60,201 bases of DNA, filler included, from Catajapyx aquilonaris (GCA_000934665.2; 3 parts of 3 records of this genome joined end to end with filler, not necessarily neighbours in it), one strand, 5' to 3'; shown: positions 38,045 through 51,200, numbered from the whole stretch's first letter. The notes: generated by a model not told the origin, from the sequence alone. A program made the numbers and translations.

Positions 38045-39420
38045 TCAGTTCTTCTTCTTTTTGGAAGAGGTTTTACGGCTAGAGAAATAAGCCTCAATTT
38101 CTGATAGTGACTTGTCTTTGGTCTCCGGCACAAACACCATTGCAAACACTGAGCCAAGGACGGCGATCACGGAGTATATGGCGAAAACCTGCGCCACACC
38201 AATGCCAGCCACCATCATCGGGTAAGTCTTGATGGAACTGAACATGCACATAGAGAAGAAGCATCCCGTGAGGCAGCTCAGCATTCCTCGGGTACGCAGA
38301 GGGAACAGCTCTCCCATGAGCATCCATGGAATATTCTGGAAACCAGGCACGCCGAAGCAGAGATACAGCCAGATTGCGACGGGTGGAAGCCAGCTGAACT
38401 GAAGTTGGTCTTTGAATGAGAACAAAAGCAAACTGAATGACATTCCTGCCCCTGAAGCCACCAGGAGTGGACGACGGCCAACACGCTGCACCAGGAACCC
38501 AGTCACAAAGTTAAGGATCACTTGCAACACTCCTGTCACCAGAGTGGCCGTCACATTGTCTATTTGTCCTCCGCTGAAGATATCCTGCAGAATAATTAAG
38601 AAACATGTTATGATTGTTGCTTCGCATCAGAGTCGTTGGTGCTGGGGGGTAAATAATTTGTGATCATTTGGGGGACTTTGGCTGTGAGAACCAGTGTGTA
38701 TGTGCACTATACCTTGGTGTAAGCCATGGTGGGAGCGAGCCCGGAGAAAGTCGAAATGAGGAATAGAGACCAGACAATGAAGACAGGGTGTAGAGATTCT
38801 CTGGTGAAAATGAATGACCATCTCCCTCCGGACGACTTTCCAGATGGCTGCTGTCCAATTCCTCTAAGCTCTTCCTTCACCTGGCCAGTATTCCGGCGGA
38901 ACTTGAAGAGAGCAACTTCTGCATCCTTACGACGGCCTTTGCTGGCCAACCAGCTGGGGGACTCAGGGAGGAAGAAACTGCCTGCGCACAGGATGAATGG
39001 AATCGTGCTGCAAAGCAACACAGTTCTCCATGGATACACGGCTCCAAGAGCGTACCCTGCAAAGAAGTAAAAATATAGTGTGAAGTTCATTGGTCTTTTA
39101 TAGGCCTGAAGATATGTATTCACCAATGAGGTTTCCGCCAGTGAAGAAGATTCCTCCGGCGGCCAGAAAGAGGCCTCTACGCTTGGGTTCGCAGATTTCT
39201 GGAAGGTACACTTGGGCTGATGAAGCTAACAGTGTGCCTCCGATTCCGTTCATGAACATCCCGATGCACATGGATGTGGCGGAAGATGATGTTGCTGCAG
39301 TCCACTGGCCTAATGCTGCAGGTATAGTGCCCAAGAGAAATGTTCCTCTGCGGCCCAGGTAGTCTTCTACTGCTATTCCAATAAGGGACCCGGCAATTCC
39401 TCCTAAGGCGCCGATACTGG
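38045..39420 (-). CDS. Tret1/GLUT-like MFS sugar porter, paralog D (5' exons missing)
   Basis: Exons 39420-39124, 39056-38713 and 38584-38045, GT-AG and frame-consistent. Motifs DYLGRR, YLPEI, PESPSWL, GRRPLL, PWMLMGELFP, PETKDKSL. The first two exons are not found before the segment end. Confidence 0.88.
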
Positions 39421-40165
39421 CTGTCAAAGTATACGAAATCATTTAAGTTTTTATAGTAATTACTATCAATAAATGCTGGTTTTCAGGGAGGAAAACTCCA
39501 GGACATACACTATACTATGAATAGTTAAAAAATGAATGTCGCATTAACCACACAAGTTGCCGCCATGTAGACATCAATAACCGAGATAACAATTAACATG
39601 ACCGTTTTGTAGATCCCACAATCAGAAATGATACAGTAGCCTATCCATTGTAGACATGTGCAGTATTGAGCTATGGCAGTAAGTATAAAGAGTGAGAATA
39701 CATCATCCAACGCTTGACTAGTTCAGGTAAAAAAATATGCGATGTGCTATTATGAAATGTCTAAGATTGTCAATATAGGCTCCCATCAGCTATAATTTAT
39801 TCAGGGCTGTTGTGGCAAATTAATATTAATATAGAATGGTGCAAATTGTGCGCACTTCTCGGATCCCGATTCATTGCAAATTTCTTAAACTCAATATATT
39901 GCTCTACTTAATACGTATTTGGGTTTGTTATGCAATGAATAATATGGACCTATACTGCCCCAAGGCCCCATGTTACATTGTGCCGCCTAATTAGTATATT
40001 TTTTCATTTGGAATATCAAATGAAGGGGTCGGTGCAATACTGCCCTAACCCACCAAATGACACAAATCGAGTTTCGCGCACTTCCATATACTACACTCAA
40101 ATATCTAATAAAGTACACTGAGATTGTCCAGTTTCTGCCATTTGTCGGTGAGAAATCAAACAATG

Positions 40166-40265
40166 NNNNNNNNNNNNNNNNNNNNNNNNNNNNNNNNNNN
40201 NNNNNNNNNTTAATTAATTAANNNNNNNNNNNNNNNNNNNNNNNNNNNNNNNNNNNNNNNNNNNN
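40166..40265. other. Artificial contig linker
   Basis: Identical 44N-TTAATTAATTAA-44N spacer. Confidence 0.97.
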
Positions 40266-40557
40266 GGGGGGGTTACCACCATTGGCGTTTGATTTTTTGG
40301 AGCGAGTTTAAGAAGATCTTAATTAGTGTACTCCAAGGGTGGGTGGGAGGGGATGTGCAAAGTGCAAGTGCAATGTCTCTAATCGTCATTTTGTGAACTC
40401 CCCCGGGTGGCTTAGTCTATCGGAAATTGCCACCCGAAACGAAGCCAGAGATGGCCCAACTCTGCGCGAAAGAAGGTGGGAACCCCGGGTGGGGATTGAA
40501 CCCGGGACCTTAACTTCCGTGGGCGCGCGCGTTACCGCGGCGCCACTCCGTCTCCCC
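40266..40557 (-). mobile_element. tRNA-derived SINE, family 2
   Basis: Minus strand GGGGAGACGGAGTGGCGCCGCGGTAAC...GGTTCAATCCC (A and B boxes); homologous to 19923-20130. Confidence 0.82.
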
Positions 40558-42204
40558 ATAATTTGTTGCTATTATGTACTGTCATTGGCTCATGGTACAG
40601 TCTTTTCTCCAGGGCTCTGTTTATTATAATATGAACCCAGATAACTATTTTATGCTGTGATAAGATAGTTCACCTGGCATATTATTGGGTTATTGACATG
40701 TTGTAACCAAATTGAACTAACTGCATGCATATTCTTGGTTTGGCTTATTTACAAGGGAATTTTACAAGTTGCAGAGATGGTGGCAAAATGCCTGGGCAAC
40801 TGGTAACACCTTTGAGGTGGCTGAACCCACATGACACAGGGGTTGTATATTTAGTTCTTGACATATCTGTTGTGTGTCCTTTAGTATTATGAAAAGGAGG
40901 ACTATCAAAATGTGAGGAGCCAAATTATTAATCTTATGATTAATTGAACTTAGCTAGTCTTAGCCTGTGACTGTCAACAGAACATGAAAAGTTCTTTTAT
41001 GTATCATCAGCCAAAAATTAATTAATGGACACTTGCACAAATTCACATCCACATCAGTTAAAGTGTTGCAGACTTGGAACATATTCTTTTATTACATGGT
41101 ACATATACTGTACCTTCACATCATTACTGGAGTCATTATTGTCATATTCAATAGAGGCTGGAAATGATTCCCTGTGAGGCCCAGAAGCTGGTTGCAAGTG
41201 TCTGTCATGTGTAAACTGGGTGTGAGAGAATTAGTCTCAGCTGACAAGCCCGATTTATCATATGCTGCAATTTCACATTTTCTTGCATTTTGCAATATTT
41301 TATGCTGCTAGATTTTTCGCTCACATCTGGGATTTTTTGTGCACGTCAGAAATTTCTTTGTGTAAGTCTGAATTTGTGTATGTTGGAGCTACACAAGTCA
41401 GGGACTTACTGCATAATATGCAACACAGGCAGCAAGTCTAAAGTGGCACATCGCCCAAGTGAAACCCCCGAAAGTTGAGCTAGGTAAAACATGATGGATT
41501 ACTAGATGCACATGCACACTCCAGTCCCATGTAAAAATTGAGATCTACCAGTGGGACTGTGCTTGTGCCACTGCACTGGAGTGAGTTATCTATCCTGTTA
41601 CTGTATAAAATTTTAACTTAAGCATACCACCCTGTAAACAATAACTCAAAAGATGGGGCATCATCTACATAACAGAGATTCATTGTTTCATCTAATATTA
41701 TTAGGAGCATCTTCCTATAAAAATTATCATAGTGCACCACATAATCAATTCTTTGCCATTTTTAAACCCATAATTTTGCAGCAATGGCAAGACGTACAAC
41801 CTATACAACCTCTTGATCACAATGTTTACTGTGTATGGTTGATTGGTACACCTTCATGTGACTGAACCTTACATTCTTGTATTTAACTTGCAGCATTCTT
41901 GGGTATATAGCATTCCAATTATACAGTGTATGGAGTATTTTATACATTAAAAAGTGCTCTGAGGTGTTTGAAACTAAAATACATGTAGACACACCTCATT
42001 CCCATGTAATATTTAGTTTGTTGTAGCTGAATTTTAGTGACATATAAAAAATAATAATTTTGTCACTACCTTAGCGGAGACAAAAGTTTACATTAGATTT
42101 ATATGCTTTCATTTGAAATTTTTAAATGAAATCAGCTTACATTTGTATAACTTATTTGTTAGAGTTGATGCTTTTAATTATTAATCTCTATCAACAACTT
42201 TCAG

Positions 42205-45200
42205 CAAACCCAAGTTTCCAAAGAAGACAGGTGGTCCAGGCGCTTACCAGGTTGTGAAATGCGGTGCTTCTGGTCACAACGTTCGCAGCAGGCCCAGCTT
42301 GAAAGCACCTCCTGTGGGGATGTTGGTTTTAGGGAACCAAGTCACTGTTGTAGCAGATGTAAGCACTTGAACTGCCAGATAAGTTATTATAGAAATAAGG
42401 GTGGCATTATGATGCCTGGTTATAATATTATTATCAAGGGTGGAAGGCTCCTGTATTTTACAACATCATACAGTTTACAATCTGATCGCCATGCAGATGC
42501 CATTTATTAGAGCTTCAGGTGTTACCAAGACGCAGTCCAAACGAATTGTGCAGTGGGGACTTAAAGAGCTGAGCTGGCTTGAATTTGTGGTAGAATATAA
42601 GAGGCATTTTACATTAGTGTATACCATATTACCCTGCAAAGTTCTATCTACTATATCGCTCAAAAAGATGAGACGATTTTTGCGTAGAAACCAAATGCAA
42701 AATCGTCTCCCATCTTTTTGAGCAATATAGTACCAGTAAAATAGGGATAGATCGGAATTTAGAAAATGCCAATTTGGTGAGTATATTGACACGCTGGTAA
42801 AAGGTTGGGTAAGTCAGTATAGAGCAGGGTATTGACAGCTTAAATGGAAATTATTGACATTTTTCAACATGAGATTCATTATTGTTGCTATGTATTAAAG
42901 GTGGTGAACTCAGAGGGGACATGGGTGCAGTTGGACCCTGACTCTGCTGGAAAATTTTGCTTCTCACCTGAGACTGAAGCTTGGTCTCTAGCATCCAGCT
43001 GGTCAGATGTGACCTATCTGCAGCATGAAGGAAATCTCAATCGGGGGCATCCAGTGGAGGAAGCACATCCACGCTTGTCTACTTCATCATCTCCACCTCT
43101 TGCTTCATCCCATCATATGCAGCCTTCGCCGTCACCTCCAACAGCAACATCCGCATCAAACAACTCGAAAGGATTTGACTTTTCTCTGGCAGCTGTTGGC
43201 TCCTTCCATCCAAGGGTGGCTTCATCTTTTAACTTTGGTGGTACTCCACCCCAGCCATGGACTAATGCATCCTCCACATCATCATCGGCATCATCATACT
43301 CCTCACAGCAGCCTCGCACTGCCACAAAGGGAACGAAGCCTGAACTTCCCCCAAGGCCAGCCATTCTGTCCAATGCTATAAACCCATCACCAAACCCACC
43401 ATCACCTCCACCAGCTCCAGCTCCTATTGGTATTATTACAACCACCACTACTAGCAAATTCACAGCCCTTCACAAATGGCTGAAAGGAGAAGAAGGGAGA
43501 TCATCCCCGTCATCATCCTCATCATCTCCAGACCACCACTTACATCATCAACACCAACACCAACACCCCAGGAGGAAGTCTCCAAGCAGGTAGGATTATT
43601 GTTACCTGGAGGACACTTGATTTTGAATTTTTGTTTTAAAACTGTTTAGTAGAGTTACGTGGTAGTCTTATATTTCCCAGCGGGATTGGAATTTAGAGTT
43701 ATGCAGGGTATTTCAGACTCTGTGACAGTTTCTTTTTTCTTTTTTTATTTTTTTGCACTAAACTACATTTACTTTGAAGCAATTTCATGAATGACTTATC
43801 AACCAAAATTCTGGTAGTGGGTTTTCCTCACCCAAGTTTCTGAACTGTTATTGCTGAATTGAGTTGCCAAGAAATTTGATGCAAACCCATGTGACAGTAA
43901 CCCGGACCAGTTGGGCAGTGAGTCATCGTCCTCCTGCAGGGACATCCCACCCGAGCTGGTTGGCGTGAGCGTGAAAGAGTTGGTGAGAGCCATTGGTGAG
44001 AGCAGGGCCAATGGAAATGGAGCTACTCCTCCAGGAACTCCAGGCAGGGTGTCTCCTCACAACAGTGGGAGCCCTAAGGCTTCCATGGTGTCCTCCAGGA
44101 GGAGCAGTAGGAGCTCTAGTCCTGTGCCCATACCAGGGACACACCAAGTTGCTACCGGTAGTGGAGACACTGCAGCTCTTGTGACAACTAATATCACTGT
44201 CAATGCAACCACCAGCAGCAGCTCTCCAGCACATGCCTCACCCAGGAATGGGGCTGTGCACAGCACTGGCCATAACCTTGCTCCAAGTATGTTGTTTTGA
44301 AAGTGCTTCTGTAGTGAAAGTAAGGGTCTTTATGCAAGGGGTGTCTGGAAAGTAAGGCAAAACATTTTTTATCTTGGAAGGTTTTATTTATATGGTGAAT
44401 GTCATTACTTGATATAATTCCTGAGTCGGTTCAAGCACTTGTCCAACCATTACACCAAATCTTCCATACCCAGTGCCTAAAATTTCGGGTCAAGTGAAGG
44501 TAACCAGGTTCTAACTTCACCTCCTTGTCACTGGCAAACTCTCTTCCCAACAAGTGACTTTCAGGGGGCCATGTCGCCATGACTTTCTTCGCAAAAGACC
44601 TGATCTTGGCCATTTTTGGCTGGAGAGAAGAAGGATTCATCTAAACCATGGAAACCATCTTGTCTCCAGCTTGACATTATGCACTCAAAGAATAGGTGAT
44701 TCGATACAGGTGAGAAATCTTGGACCCCTCTCACTTCTTCCTTTTCGGCCCCCTGAAACGTCACCTGATGGGAAGATGGTTTGCCAGTGACACGGAGGTG
44801 AAATTAGAGGTCATTGCCTGGCTACTTGCACTTGACCTGAGATTCTAGGTGGGCGATATAGAAGACTTGATGTAACAGAGGGGCAAGTGCTTGAACTGAC
44901 TCAGGTATTATATCGAGTAACGACATTCACCATATCTTAAATATGTGTAAGTTGTGTGCTTCCGTCATTAAAACTTTCCAAGATAATTTTTTTTTCACCT
45001 TACTTTCCGGACACCTTTCGTATTTCATCAATTTAAAAATATTTTAAGGCAAAAATATATTTTGTTTATTCATCTGTTTCTGTGAAAATTTAAATGCTTT
45101 ATATTTTAAGATAAATGGGAAGGTTGGTTCGCCCTGTATTTTCAAGGAGAAATTGGGGAATTATTCTCAGAAAAATAGTCATGCTTACTATACAGGGTGT

Positions 45201-48200
45201 TTATTGTAACTCTGCAAAGACTTTCAGGGGTAATAGAGGGGACCAAGACAAGCATTTTTGACATAGGAACCCGTGTCCGGAAACGCTATCTAGAGGGGGT
45301 TCATAGACAAGGAACGGGTGCGCTCAGGCGCGTCAGGCGAGAGGCGCTAGGAGAGAGGACTGTTTTGTTGGTAGATGGCGCGCAGTTGTTGCCAGGTTAT
45401 GGCGTATCGCGTCGTTGTAAGTAAACAACAACACGATACACCATAACCTGGCAACAACAGAACCGCTGTTGACTATCCGCGAGTCTCCTAGGAGGCGGAC
45501 TTTAGTTTCTAGATGGCTCTGTTGTTGCCACGTTATGACACATCGCATCGTTGGTTACTATCCGAGTGCCATCTATCAACAAAACAGTCCGCTCGCCTAG
45601 CGCCTCTCGCGTGACGCGTTTGAGCGCACCCGCTCCTCGTCTATGAACCCCCTCTAGATGGCGTTTCCGGACACGGGTTCCTATGTCGAAAATGCTTGTC
45701 TTGGTCCCCTCTATTACCCCTGAAAGTCTTTGCAGAGTTACAATAAACACCCTGTATATTCCAACCTACTAATGTCACTCAATACTCTCCTAGTGGCTGC
45801 TGAAAGTCGCAGTGGAACACCCCAGCAGTACCGAGAGTCAACCCAAAGTGACACTAGTGCTTTGGTCAGCAGTCTTACTCGGGACCTTTCACAGTCACCC
45901 AGCTGTGGGTCATTGCCCACTCGCTCTGAGAGTCCCCACAGTCTTCCTGGCACACCTAGAAAGGTTAGTTATTAATAATGGGGTGTTTCAGGGGAGTTGT
46001 TGGTGGCCTGCTAAGAAGGTGCAATCTTTACAACCATTTAATGGCTATGGAAAAAAAATATTTCACTATGAATTTCTCATCAGGATTCCTTGAGCTCAAG
46101 TCCCAAACTACTGGCCCAGATAGGAACCCAAACTTCTCCTGAGGCACAACCAAAGGGCCATTTCAGTATTGGATTGGGAGGTGGCAAAGAGGAAACTGTT
46201 CCACCCAGACTGTCTCCAAAGATGGCCAGGAAGGAACGAGCTGCTAAGCAGGTACATTTGATTGTTGTAGCAATTACCTGATATGATTTGCTTTACTACT
46301 GTACATCTCCCTTTGACAGTTGCGGTCTAAATGGGAGAGAGCCCACTCCCCTGCTGCTGCACCACAACCTAAATGTGACCAAGAAGTTCGTGGTGAGCCA
46401 GTTCAGGTGGAGGAAGCACCTCCATCACAAGCAGCAGAATCAGGTCAACCAGCAGAGGACTCCAATAACACTGGAAAGGTGAAGGAGGCATTGAGTCCAT
46501 CTGTGGCAGAGTGCCTGCGAACCATATTTGCTGCTTTCCTGTGGCATGAAGGAATAGTCCATGATGCCATGGCCTGTGCTTCCTTTCTAAAGTTTCATCC
46601 AAGTCTGCCTAAACAGGGTGCAGTTGTTGTTACACGTGGAGCAGCCCCAGGTCCCTCACAGGGGCAGGCTGCAGGCCCTCCTGGTGCTTGGCAGCGTCAC
46701 TCAGTTGAAGTATCCCTGGCGTCATACTCATACATTAATGTGCCACAATCAGCTCTTGAGAGCCTTACAAGATCAGCCGCCAACGCTAATGCGAACCGAA
46801 GTCGCACCAGAAAGTCTGATGTCATTAAGGAAGAGACAACAGCACCTGATGAAACGCAACTGCACACGGTGTCAGTGATGCCACCAGCCTTGCGTTGCAT
46901 TGTGGTTTTGTGGGAGACATTGAGCCGGAGCTGTTTGCAGGCTATACTTCAGCAGGTATTGTTACCCAGTCCTGCAGCAACTCCTGGTACTAAGAGGAAG
47001 GACAAGGAGCCAAAACGCCGTGAAGTTAAGGAAAAGGAGAGCCCTATGGCTATTGCTGGTAGCCGTCGTCGCTCTGGGAGGGACAACCGACGTCCTTTTC
47101 CACTTGTGCGCCAGAGCAGTTTGTTTGCTGATGCATTAGGGGCAGTAGCTGCAGGGTTGGGTCTTCCATTAGAGCGTGAAACACTCTGTGAGCTCTGCAG
47201 CAACTTTTACCCACCTCCTGTCACATACCACATGAAACAGGCACATCCTGGCTGTGGCTGTGATGCAGAAGGAAAAGGGTACAACAGTGGAGGAAGCTTT
47301 GGTATGGGATGGGCTGGGAACTGTGGTGATGGTGGAGTGAGTGGAAGCTCGTGGTACATCATATGTGACCGCTGTCGTGACAAGTATTTGGGTCACAAGA
47401 AGTCTGGTGGTGACAAGAAGCAAAAGCCGAAGAAGTCAGGACGTGGCACTGTGGCGACAACTCCAACTAGTGGTGCCAACACGCCAACTGCCACATCCAA
47501 AATCCTCCAGTCTCCCATGATGCAGCAAGAAACCCATTTGGTGATGAAGAACAATGCTCTCTTTCTTCTGGATCTAGCAAGCTCTGCATCCGGTACTACT
47601 GCCAGTGCAGCAGCTGCTGCTGCTGCTGCTGCATCTGGTGGTCCCACAAAAGTGACGTCAAGGCTTAACCCATATGCTGGGATGCCAATATTACCTGAGA
47701 GTGGAGAAGTGTCAGATGAGGCAGGGTTGTTTCCCTTTGTACCATTTCAATGTCTGCAGGCACTTGGGGTGAAAGCATCCCACTTGAGGCAGATCAGTGA
47801 AGAAGTGATGCTGGAGGAGACCTTGAGGCAGAATGGGGAACTTGTTCTTGACAGGCTTGGGATGCAAAGTGAGACCATTGTCACTGACAGTGATGGTAGC
47901 AGCACTGAAGGTGGTGTCACATACACAGGCAACACCACTGTTGTGTTGAGGCACCTGACTCCTACTGCACGGGTGAGAATCACTCTTGACCTTCTTTGGT
48001 ATATACTGAGTTAATGAAATAACTGCACGTTGTTTGAGGAATGTTCGAGGGGACCGAGAAAAATATTTTTCACCTGGGAACCCCTGTCCGGAATCGCCAT
48101 CTAGAGGGGGTTCATAGACAAGGAATGGGTCGCTCAGAGGCGTTTCCGGACACAGGTTCCTATATGAAATATGTTTGTCTTGGTCCCCTCTGTAACCCCT

Positions 48201-51200
48201 AGAAGTTTGTCAGTCAGCTCGCCTAGCACCTCCTGCCTGATACGTCTGAACCAACCCGTTCCTTGTCTACTGACCCCCTCTAGATGGCATTTCTAGACAC
48301 GGGTTCTTAGGTGAAAAATATTTGTCGTGGTCCCCTCTATCGTACCTCAAAAATGCGCACTTATTTCATTAACATGATGTATATAGTGAAACCTTGATCT
48401 ATCATTTCCAGATGTATCATTATTAGGCAACAATGATAAAGGGGGTTGGTACAGGGCAAAAGAATAACCAAACACACCACCCTCCAGCTAGAGGACTAAT
48501 GATACGAGGGTGAATCAGAAAGTAATTGAAAACTTTATTAATTCAGAGGTTTCACCAGAGAAACTGAAACTGAGATATACATATGAAAGGGCAACTCTTT
48601 CTCTAATTTTAGACATAGTCACCACACACTTTGGTGCATTTGTCCCAGCAGGACACTAGCTTTTCCATACCCTTGCAGAAAAAAGCATCAGACTGGGTGG
48701 GAAGCCAGTGGGGGATGGCCTCTTTCACTTCCTCGATGTCGCTGAGGTCTTGAGAAGCTAGTGATTCTTTTTTTGTTCCAAAGAGGTGGTTTTACCCATG
48801 GTCTACCATCTCTTTGGACCAATGAAGAAGCACCTGGCAGGTCATAACTTCAGCAATCGAGGAAGTGAAACAGGCCATCCCCCACTGGCTTCCCACCCAG
48901 TCTGACGCAAATGCACCAAAGTGTGTGGTGACTCTGTCTAAAATTAGAGGAAGACTTGCCCTTTCATATGTATATCTCAGTTTCAGTTTTACTAGTGAAA
49001 CTTCTGAATTAAAAAAGTTTTCAATTTCTGATTCACCCTCGTATATTCTTGATCTTGACCATAATGGAGGAAGATGGGCAAGCTGGGTCAGAAGGGGACA
49101 GGGACGAGTTTTTTTATGCAGGGGCTTTTTCACGTGATCTATGTAATCCCCCAGGCTACAATTCCTTCTTCCAGCTACTGGAGATATGGAGGATCTCTGT
49201 TGTAGGTCCCTGCCTTTCACAAAGGAAAAATAATTGTTAAGCTAATTATCTCTGAAAATATCCATTGTGCATTATTGAAGTAGGTAACCATCGAAAATGG
49301 GCATGAAATCAAATGAATAATATGTGGACAAGCTATTCTAAACTACCCTAAAAAATAAACCTTGGAAATCATGTTAACTTCATAATTTGTTTCATAGCAA
49401 AAAAAACAACCCTGCAAATATTTTCGTTTGTTTGGTCAGATTTGTTATCACTCTTGTAGCTCTGCACGAAGAACAAAAAAATTCATGTCACATACTCTAT
49501 ACACTGACTTGCCTTGATATGAGTCGACAACATCATATGCTCAAAGCCACTCAAGCTTGTCAAGTAAGTCCAGTACACCTAGGGAATGTCTTCCAAACAT
49601 AACTTGTGCATGTTATCTATGCTCTGAAGAGAAATTTTGACTTCATGCAACAGGAAAGAAAGGATTGTCATGAATATAGCTACGGAATAAAGGGGGGAGG
49701 AGAATGTCTCATACAGATTATCAATGGGTCACCCATTTCTTCCTACAAGGATTTGTGACATTCTTGTTGGTATGGTACAATGAGAAGATTATCAGTCAGG
49801 GGGAGGGGGAGGGGGAGGGATGAAGATGGGCAGGGGTAGGATTTTCTGATCATATTGGACCCACAGGCAAACTTGTCTTCTTCAAGCTAGTGGAGATCTG
49901 AAATACCTAGGTCGTATACCAGGAGAGTTGAAATTCCCTATCCTTTATCAACTGGAAAAACTTTGGGGCTAAATTTTGTGACAGATTTCCATCACATGTG
50001 ATTGAGATCAGCTGATTGAAAAATGACGAAAAATTCAAGAAATTTATATGGAAATCTACTGAGCCTCTTCTAAGCCTTGCTGTGATGCCGGTTACTAAAT
50101 CCTACATTAACCTTATGGGCAATTTGCATCAACTTTCATGCAAAATTTACACCACATTGTACATGTCCCATATAAATACTATTAATACTATTTGATTACC
50201 CACACATTTCATAAGAGATCTCTATGTGTGGGAAATCCTGTAACCCTAAAAATAAGCCTATGTTGAGGTGATTATTACTCGACCGTACTAATTTCCATAA
50301 ACACTATGTGTAAGAGATTCCCAATTAACAGTAATATTTTTCTGTTGTTCTTGATGGCCTTGTTATACATATGAACAACATTACCATTTCAGCCTCTGTC
50401 AGAGGGTCCTCTGAGTGATGGAGAGGATGGAAGCCGAAGTCACCCTTTCCACCGGTCCATATCTGTTGCATCTGCAGGCAGAGACTGGGGCAGGAGGGAT
50501 GCACAGGAGGCAGTCATGCGCAAGAGAACTTCGAGCAGTGGAGAGCCGCACCCTGGTACACGCTTCATTTGTGGTCTCCTTTGATTTTGTGATCTGCCAC
50601 CAGCATGGCTTACCTTACTAACTGAAACTGAGCCATACTGATTATACTGTCAATTATTTATTTAACCATAATTTAATAACTAATTTGAAATTGCAGGGTC
50701 ATCTGAGTTGGGCTCCCTCTTGCTGTGCTCCCCTTCCCCAGCCCTTGTCAGGCTGGTGCCTCATAATGTTGTGAAAGCTGTGGTTGAAGAGGGAGAGGCC
50801 ACTGCTGCATCTGCTGATCCAACTCAGAGCAGTGGAATGTCATCTGCACAACCAGACACCACCTCATGTTTGGAAGCCTTGAGCCGACCAGTGATGGGCT
50901 TCATTTTGCAAAGGCACAACCTGGAGGCTCTGCAGTTAGCTACACGCCAGTCCTTACGGAAGGCTGCCTGTCGGGTGCATGCCATGCAAGCCATGACCTG
51001 GTTGCTCAGGAGTGTTACTCAGCCCACCTGTGTCCATGATTTGCTCTGGTGGTTTGTTGCAGCCCTCACCCCACCTCAAGACCCCCAGTGCACTCCCACT
51101 GATAGCACTGATGCCTCTGAGGATGACAGACATCCACAAGACAGCAAGAAGGATGAACATGTGAGTTAATGCTTGTTTTGCTTTTGGGAACCTTGTGTTC

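Noticed and set aside
19923..40557. Inverted SINE pair flanking the transporter array as a composite mobile unit
   Set aside because: Each SINE lies on a different contig beyond a linker, and contigs commonly break at repeats.
20231..42205. Transporter cluster nested antisense in a giant highwire intron
   Set aside because: The first highwire exon seen is internal, but an artificial linker separates the segments and no upstream highwire exons occur in 1-42204. Adjacency is unsupported.
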